From: Vicugna vicugna
Lineage: Eukaryota
Direction: 5' to 3'
Length of the DNA: 20,000 nt
Assembly (NCBI GenBank): GCA_013265495.1
Contig: MU058103.1
Span: 731,520-751,519, forward strand
The notes under the pieces were generated by a model. It was not told where the DNA came from and did no database searches. It was given only the letters and a program-made list of their open reading frames with translations. Shown here piece after piece: positions 19,594-20,000 of the stretch. The position numbers and the translations under genes were made by a program. Numbering within the stretch: the stretch's first letter is position 1; every line of letters begins with the position of its first letter.

Positions 19594-20000
19594 TTTTTTT
19601 TTTTATTTGAATTTTTATTTTTTTATTTTTTTACATTTTTTATTGATTCATAATCATTTTACAGTGTTGTGTCAAATTCCAGTGTTCAGCACAATTTTTC
19701 AGTCATTCATGGACATATACACACTCATTGTCACATTTTTTTCTCTGTGATTTATCATAACATTTTGTGTATATTTCCCTGTGCTATACAGTGTAATCTT
19801 GTTTATCTATTCTACAATTTTGAAATCCCAGTCTATCCCTTCCCACCCTCTACCCCGCCCCCACGCCGGTAACCACAAGTCTGTATTCTCTCTCTGTGAG
19901 TCTATTTCTGTCCTGTATTTATGCTTTGTTTTTGTTTGTTTGTTTGTTTTTGTTTTTGTTTTTTTGATTCCACATATGAGCAATCTCATATGGTATTTTT
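19594..20000 (-). mobile_element. Young L1 3' end, copy 2 (tail, 3'UTR, ORF2 C-terminus); continues beyond the window
   Basis: T-rich tail at 19594-19632 and a 3'UTR nearly identical to copy 1. Minus strand 20000-19966 encodes KYHMRLLICGI. Confidence 0.95.

Noticed and set aside
19361..19872. Duplicated ORFs beginning MSNSSVQHNFSV, resembling a tandem gene pair
   Set aside because: They are antisense translations of the two L1 3'UTR copies; a related peptide appears at 3713-3925.
1..20000. A novel multi-gene system (retron, CRISPR or defence-like RT locus)
   Set aside because: All RT-related sequence is ordinary LINE-1 ORF2. There are no operon-like ORFs and no repeat-spacer array; the DNA is mammalian and repeat-rich.
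3625..20000. Long inverted repeats (3625-3958 versus 19316-20000) as ends of a large composite element
   Set aside because: These are independent L1 insertions of different subfamilies in opposite orientation, each with its own junctions.

Overview
Repeat-rich, AT-rich non-coding mammalian DNA (intronic or intergenic), most likely from a camelid, judged from a Vic-1-like tRNA-derived SINE and the young L1 3' ends. I recognise no host gene, RNA gene, CRISPR array or prokaryotic system. The only long ORF (2561-3661) is the C-terminal part of LINE-1 ORF2. The best-supported structures are a three-layer nested L1 (1-4615) with recoverable target-site duplications (TSDs), a SINE with a 14-bp TSD inside a MER33-like transposon, and a 415-bp solo ERV LTR with a 4-bp TSD inside an old MIR. 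There is also a (TTTC)n tract with a 30-bp higher-order unit and two near-identical tandem L1 3' ends at the right edge. Repeat subfamily names come from recalled consensus sequences, not a database search, and boundaries of old repeats are approximate. I found no evidence of a previously undescribed biological system.
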